Below are positions 59,883-64,000 of a DNA stretch of 64,000 nucleotides, one piece after another. The position numbers were made by a program, and so were the translations under genes. Source of the DNA: an uncultured Solirubrobacterales bacterium (GTDB taxonomy: Bacteria; Actinomycetota; Thermoleophilia; Solirubrobacterales; Solirubrobacteraceae); the NCBI GenBank assembly GCA_963839945.1, contig CAWIWW010000004.1, positions 976,218-1,040,217 on the forward strand, read 5' to 3'. The stretch's first letter is position 1; the number at the start of each line of letters is the position of its first letter. The notes under the pieces are model-generated. The model was given only the letters and a program-made list of their open reading frames with translations. It did no database searches and was not told where the DNA came from.

Positions 59883-61241
59883 GTGATCGTCGAGGGCTGG
59901 CTGCATCGCGCTGCGCGCACGCATCCCGGATCGACGGCCGTGGAGGGGCCCGACGGCAGTCGTTCATACGCCGAGCTCTACAGCGCCGCGCAGCGCGGGG
60001 CGGGCGTGTTATCGGCTGATGGTGTCGCTCCCGGCGATCGTGTCGCGATTGCGCTACCGCCGGGGTTGGCGTTCGCCGAGGCCCTCCACGCCTGCCTAGT
60101 GCTGGGGGCCGTCGCCGTGCCGGTGGACGTGCGCCTGGAAGCGGCCGAGCGCGCGCTCATCTGCGACGGCGCTGCCCTGGTCGTGGAGGAAGCACTGGAT
60201 GCCTGTTCTTCGACGTGGCCCTCCGCGCCGCGCGGCGGCGCATCCAAATCGCCGGGAGCCACGTCCCCGTCCCCGGGCCGGCGGCACGACCTCGACGCCG
60301 TCGCGGCCGTCATCCACACGTCCGGCACGAGCGCCTCGCCACGCCCCGTCGAGCTCACCTACGGCAACTTCCTGTGGAGCGCCCTCGGCTCGGCCGTCGC
60401 CCTGGACCGCGATCCGCGCGAGCGCTGGCTGTGCGCGCTTCCGGTATCGCACGTCGGCGGCCTCTCGATTCTGGTGCGCTCGGCGATCTATGCGACCACG
60501 GCGGTCATCCATGAGCACTTCGACGCCGACCTGGCCCTGCATGCGCTGCGCGAGCAGGACATCACGCTCGTCTCCCTTGTCGCCACGACGCTCGCGCGGC
60601 TGCTCGACGCGGGCCTGCGGCACCCGCCCGCGCTGCGCTGCGCCCTGACCGGCGGCGGCCCCGTGCCCGAGGCCCTGATCGAGCGCGCGCACGAGGCCGG
60701 CGTACCGGTCAGCCTCACCTACGGGCTGACCGAGGCGTGCTCGCAGGTCACGACCGGCGGCCCGCCGCTGTTCTGCACGCGGGTGCGCATAGACGGACCC
60801 CGGCCCGAGGGTCCGGGGGTCGGCGAGATCATGGTCGCGGGGCCGACTGTCGCGCCGGCGTCACGCGATCGCGACGGCTGGCTGCACACCGGCGATCTCG
60901 GCTCCCTCGACGAGCACGGCCTGCTCGCGGTCACCGGGCGCGTCGCCGATACGATCGTAAGTGGCGGCGAGAACGTCGCCCCGGCCGAGGTGGAGGCGGT
61001 GCTCGAATCTCATCCCGACGTGCTCGAGGCGGCGGTCGTCCCCCGCGCCGACCCGCGCTGGGGGGAGGCCGTCACGGCGATCGTGCTGGCGCGTCCCGGC
61101 GCGGATCTGAAGGCCGAGACCGTGCGCGCGCACTGCGCCGCGCGCCTGGCCCGCTATAAGGTTCCCAAGCAGGTCTGCTTCACCGCCGTGCCCCTGCCGC
61201 GAACGCGATCGGGGAAGCTGCTCAGGAGGGAGCTCACTTGA
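59883..61241 (+). CDS. menE: o-succinylbenzoate-CoA ligase
   Basis: HTSGTS, HVGGL, TYGLTE, HTGDLG, SGGENV, P..RSGK. Confidence 0.93.
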   Translation: MIVEGWLHRAARTHPGSTAVEGPDGSRSYAELYSAAQRGAGVLSADGVAPGDRVAIALPPGLAFAEALHACLVLGAVAVPVDVRLEAAERALICDGAALVVEEALDACSSTWPSAPRGGASKSPGATSPSPGRRHDLDAVAAVIHTSGTSASPRPVELTYGNFLWSALGSAVALDRDPRERWLCALPVSHVGGLSILVRSAIYATTAVIHEHFDADLALHALREQDITLVSLVATTLARLLDAGLRHPPALRCALTGGGPVPEALIERAHEAGVPVSLTYGLTEACSQVTTGGPPLFCTRVRIDGPRPEGPGVGEIMVAGPTVAPASRDRDGWLHTGDLGSLDEHGLLAVTGRVADTIVSGGENVAPAEVEAVLESHPDVLEAAVVPRADPRWGEAVTAIVLARPGADLKAETVRAHCAARLARYKVPKQVCFTAVPLPRTRSGKLLRRELT

Positions 61242-62131
61242 ACGGGGGTCCACAGGACGACGGCGGTCCGGCCGACGACGGCGCCTTCGACGCGGCCGCT
61301 CACCGCGAGGCGAGCCTCGCGGGCTGGGAAGCGGCCGCCGCCGGCTGGATGCGCCGCCAGGATGCGATCCGCCGGTTCGGCGCCCCGGTGTCGCAGTGGA
61401 TGCTCGACGCGGTCTCGCTGCAGCCGGGCGAGCGCGTGCTCGAGCTGGCAGCCGGTCTCGGCGAGACGGGAATGCTCGCCGCCGAGCTCATCGCCCCGAT
61501 GGGCGGTGTGATCGTCTCTGACCAGGCCGACGCGATGCTCGACGGGGCCCGCGCGCGGGCCGCCGAGCTGGGGCTCAGCAACGTCGAGTTCCAGGTGATC
61601 GGCGCCGAATGGATCGACCTGCCGCTGGCGAGCGTCGACGCCGTGCTCTGCCGCTGGGGCTACATGCTGCTCGCCGACCCGCCCGCCGCGCTGGGCGAGA
61701 CCCGTCGCGTGCTGCGCGCAGGCGGGCGGGTCGCCCTGGCCGTGTGGGACTCCGTCCAGCACAACCCCTGGGCGCTTGAGCCGGCCCTGGAGCTGATCGA
61801 GCGTGGCCTCACCTCGCCGCCCGCTCCGGGGACGCCCGGTCCCTTCGCGCTCGGAGACCACGAGCGCGTGCGTGAGCTGCTCCAGCGGGCCGGGTTCGCC
61901 GAGATCGACGTGCAGGCTCTTGACGTCGTTCAGCTTCACGACTCGTTCGAGACCTTCTGGGAGACGACTCTCGACATCTCCCATGCCTTCCACAACGCCG
62001 TGCTCAGCCGGACCGAGCCCGAGATCGCCGAGATCCGCGCGGGCCTTCAGGCGCGCCTGGAGCCGTTCGCCGAGCCGGACGGGACGCTCGCGATCCCCGG
62101 GCGCACGCTCGTCGCTTCGGCGAGCGCGTGA
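61238..62131 (+). CDS. Class I SAM-dependent methyltransferase (UbiE/MenG-like)
   Basis: VLELAAGLGE motif I, RVLRAGG; TTGA overlap with menE. Confidence 0.85.
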   Translation: MNGGPQDDGGPADDGAFDAAAHREASLAGWEAAAAGWMRRQDAIRRFGAPVSQWMLDAVSLQPGERVLELAAGLGETGMLAAELIAPMGGVIVSDQADAMLDGARARAAELGLSNVEFQVIGAEWIDLPLASVDAVLCRWGYMLLADPPAALGETRRVLRAGGRVALAVWDSVQHNPWALEPALELIERGLTSPPAPGTPGPFALGDHERVRELLQRAGFAEIDVQALDVVQLHDSFETFWETTLDISHAFHNAVLSRTEPEIAEIRAGLQARLEPFAEPDGTLAIPGRTLVASASA

Positions 62132-62252
62132 GCGCCCACGTCGGGGCATGCGCGAGTGCATCGGCTCCTCACCGCTCCATCACACCGTCCCAAAGTCGCC
62201 CTGCCACGCCTGCCGAAGACACCCGATCCCGCCGAGTCGATAGCCTGCGCGC

Positions 62253-63242
62253 ATGCTCTACGACGACGACGCAGATCCCACGCTCCTGCACGGCAAGACC
62301 GTCGCGATCATCGGCTACGGCTCCCAGGGTCATGCCCACGCGCTGAACCTGAAGGACTCGGGCGTCGACGTCGTGGTCGGATTGCGCCCCGACTCCACGT
62401 CGGTAGCCAAGGCACGCGAGCAGGGCCTTGAGGTGCTCCCCGTCGTCGAGGCCGCAAGCCGTGGCGATCTGGTCGATGATCCTGCTGCCCGACGAGCTTC
62501 ACCGGCAGGTGTGGGAGGCGAGATCCGCGACGGCATCGCCCCGGGCAACATGATCCTGTTCGGCCACGGTTTCTCGATTCACTACGAGGAGGTGACTCCG
62601 CCCGCCGGCGTGGACGTGGCGATGGTCGCCCCCAAGGGTCCCGGCCATCTCGTGCGCCGCCAGTTCACCGAGGGCAGCGGCGTTCCCGGGCTGATCGCCG
62701 TCGCCCAGGACGCGAGCGGCAACGCCCGCGCGCTCGCGCTCGCCTACGCGAAGGGCATCGGTTGCACCCGCGGCGGCGTGATCGAGACGACGTTCAAGGA
62801 CGAGACCGAGACCGACCTGTTCGGCGAGCAGGCCGTCCTCTGCGGGGGCGCCTCCGAGCTCGTCCAGGCGGGCTTCGAGACGCTCGTCGAGGCGGGCTAT
62901 GACCCGGAGATGGCCTACTTCGAGTGCCTGCACGAGCTCAAGCTGATCGCCGATCTGATGTACGAGAAGGGCCTCGCGGGGATGCGCTACTCGATCTCCA
63001 ACACCGCCGAGTACGGCGACTACACGCGCGGGCGGCGCGTCATCACCGACGAGACGCGCGCCGCCATGCGCCAGATCCTCGCCGAGATCCAGTCCGGGGA
63101 CTTCGCGCGCGAGTGGATCGCCGAGAACCGCGCCGGCCAGGAGAACTTCCTGCGCATGCGCGCAGAGCAGGCCGACACCCAGGTCGAGCACGTGGGCGCA
63201 GAGCTGCGCTCGCACATGGACTGGATCAAGCCTTCTTTTTGA
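62253..63242 (+). CDS. ilvC: Ketol-acid reductoisomerase with a compensated frameshift at 62475-62521
   Basis: [51 protein letters not shown]. Confidence 0.97.
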   Translation: MLYDDDADPTLLHGKTVAIIGYGSQGHAHALNLKDSGVDVVVGLRPDSTSVAKAREQGLEVLPVVEAASRGDLVDDPAARRASPAGVGGEIRDGIAPGNMILFGHGFSIHYEEVTPPAGVDVAMVAPKGPGHLVRRQFTEGSGVPGLIAVAQDASGNARALALAYAKGIGCTRGGVIETTFKDETETDLFGEQAVLCGGASELVQAGFETLVEAGYDPEMAYFECLHELKLIADLMYEKGLAGMRYSISNTAEYGDYTRGRRVITDETRAAMRQILAEIQSGDFAREWIAENRAGQENFLRMRAEQADTQVEHVGAELRSHMDWIKPSF

Positions 63243-63273
63243 TCACCCGCGCGGCGTTCGCTACACTCGCCTG

Positions 63274-64000
<727 letters not shown>

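Overview
High-GC actinobacterial chromosome segment, most likely Thermoleophilia/Solirubrobacterales (inferred from gene order and the style of the large secreted proteins). The housekeeping backbone is (infC tail)-rpmI-rplT-trmH-pheST-argCJBD-argG, dnaE, nfo/gltX, rrf2...cysK-cysE, pcrA, folD, gatCAB, ilvBN...ilvC, a classical menaquinone cluster (menF, D, H, C, A, B, E plus a methyltransferase and an MMPL), and serC behind a ZMP/ZTP riboswitch. Accessory DNA sits at operon junctions with no integrase or transposase visible. A ~12.5-kb block between rrf2 and cysK carries a Phd-VapC pair, an unusual regulator, three secreted proteins (two large ones sharing a basic Cys-containing C-terminal module), a lipoprotein and a Uma2 nuclease. 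Other accessory pieces are two small membrane-protein cassettes flanking pcrA, a HicA-like pair, and a three-gene module (TIGR04255-like, antitoxin-like, GNAT) between menB and menE. Two families of short palindromic or structured repeats occur both between genes and in frame inside essential genes (argC, pheT, menD). The last 52 bp of ilvB are duplicated with only synonymous changes. Several single-base frameshifts (argD, GNAT, ilvC, serC) look like assembly indels. All family assignments come from motif recognition by eye; no searches were run.
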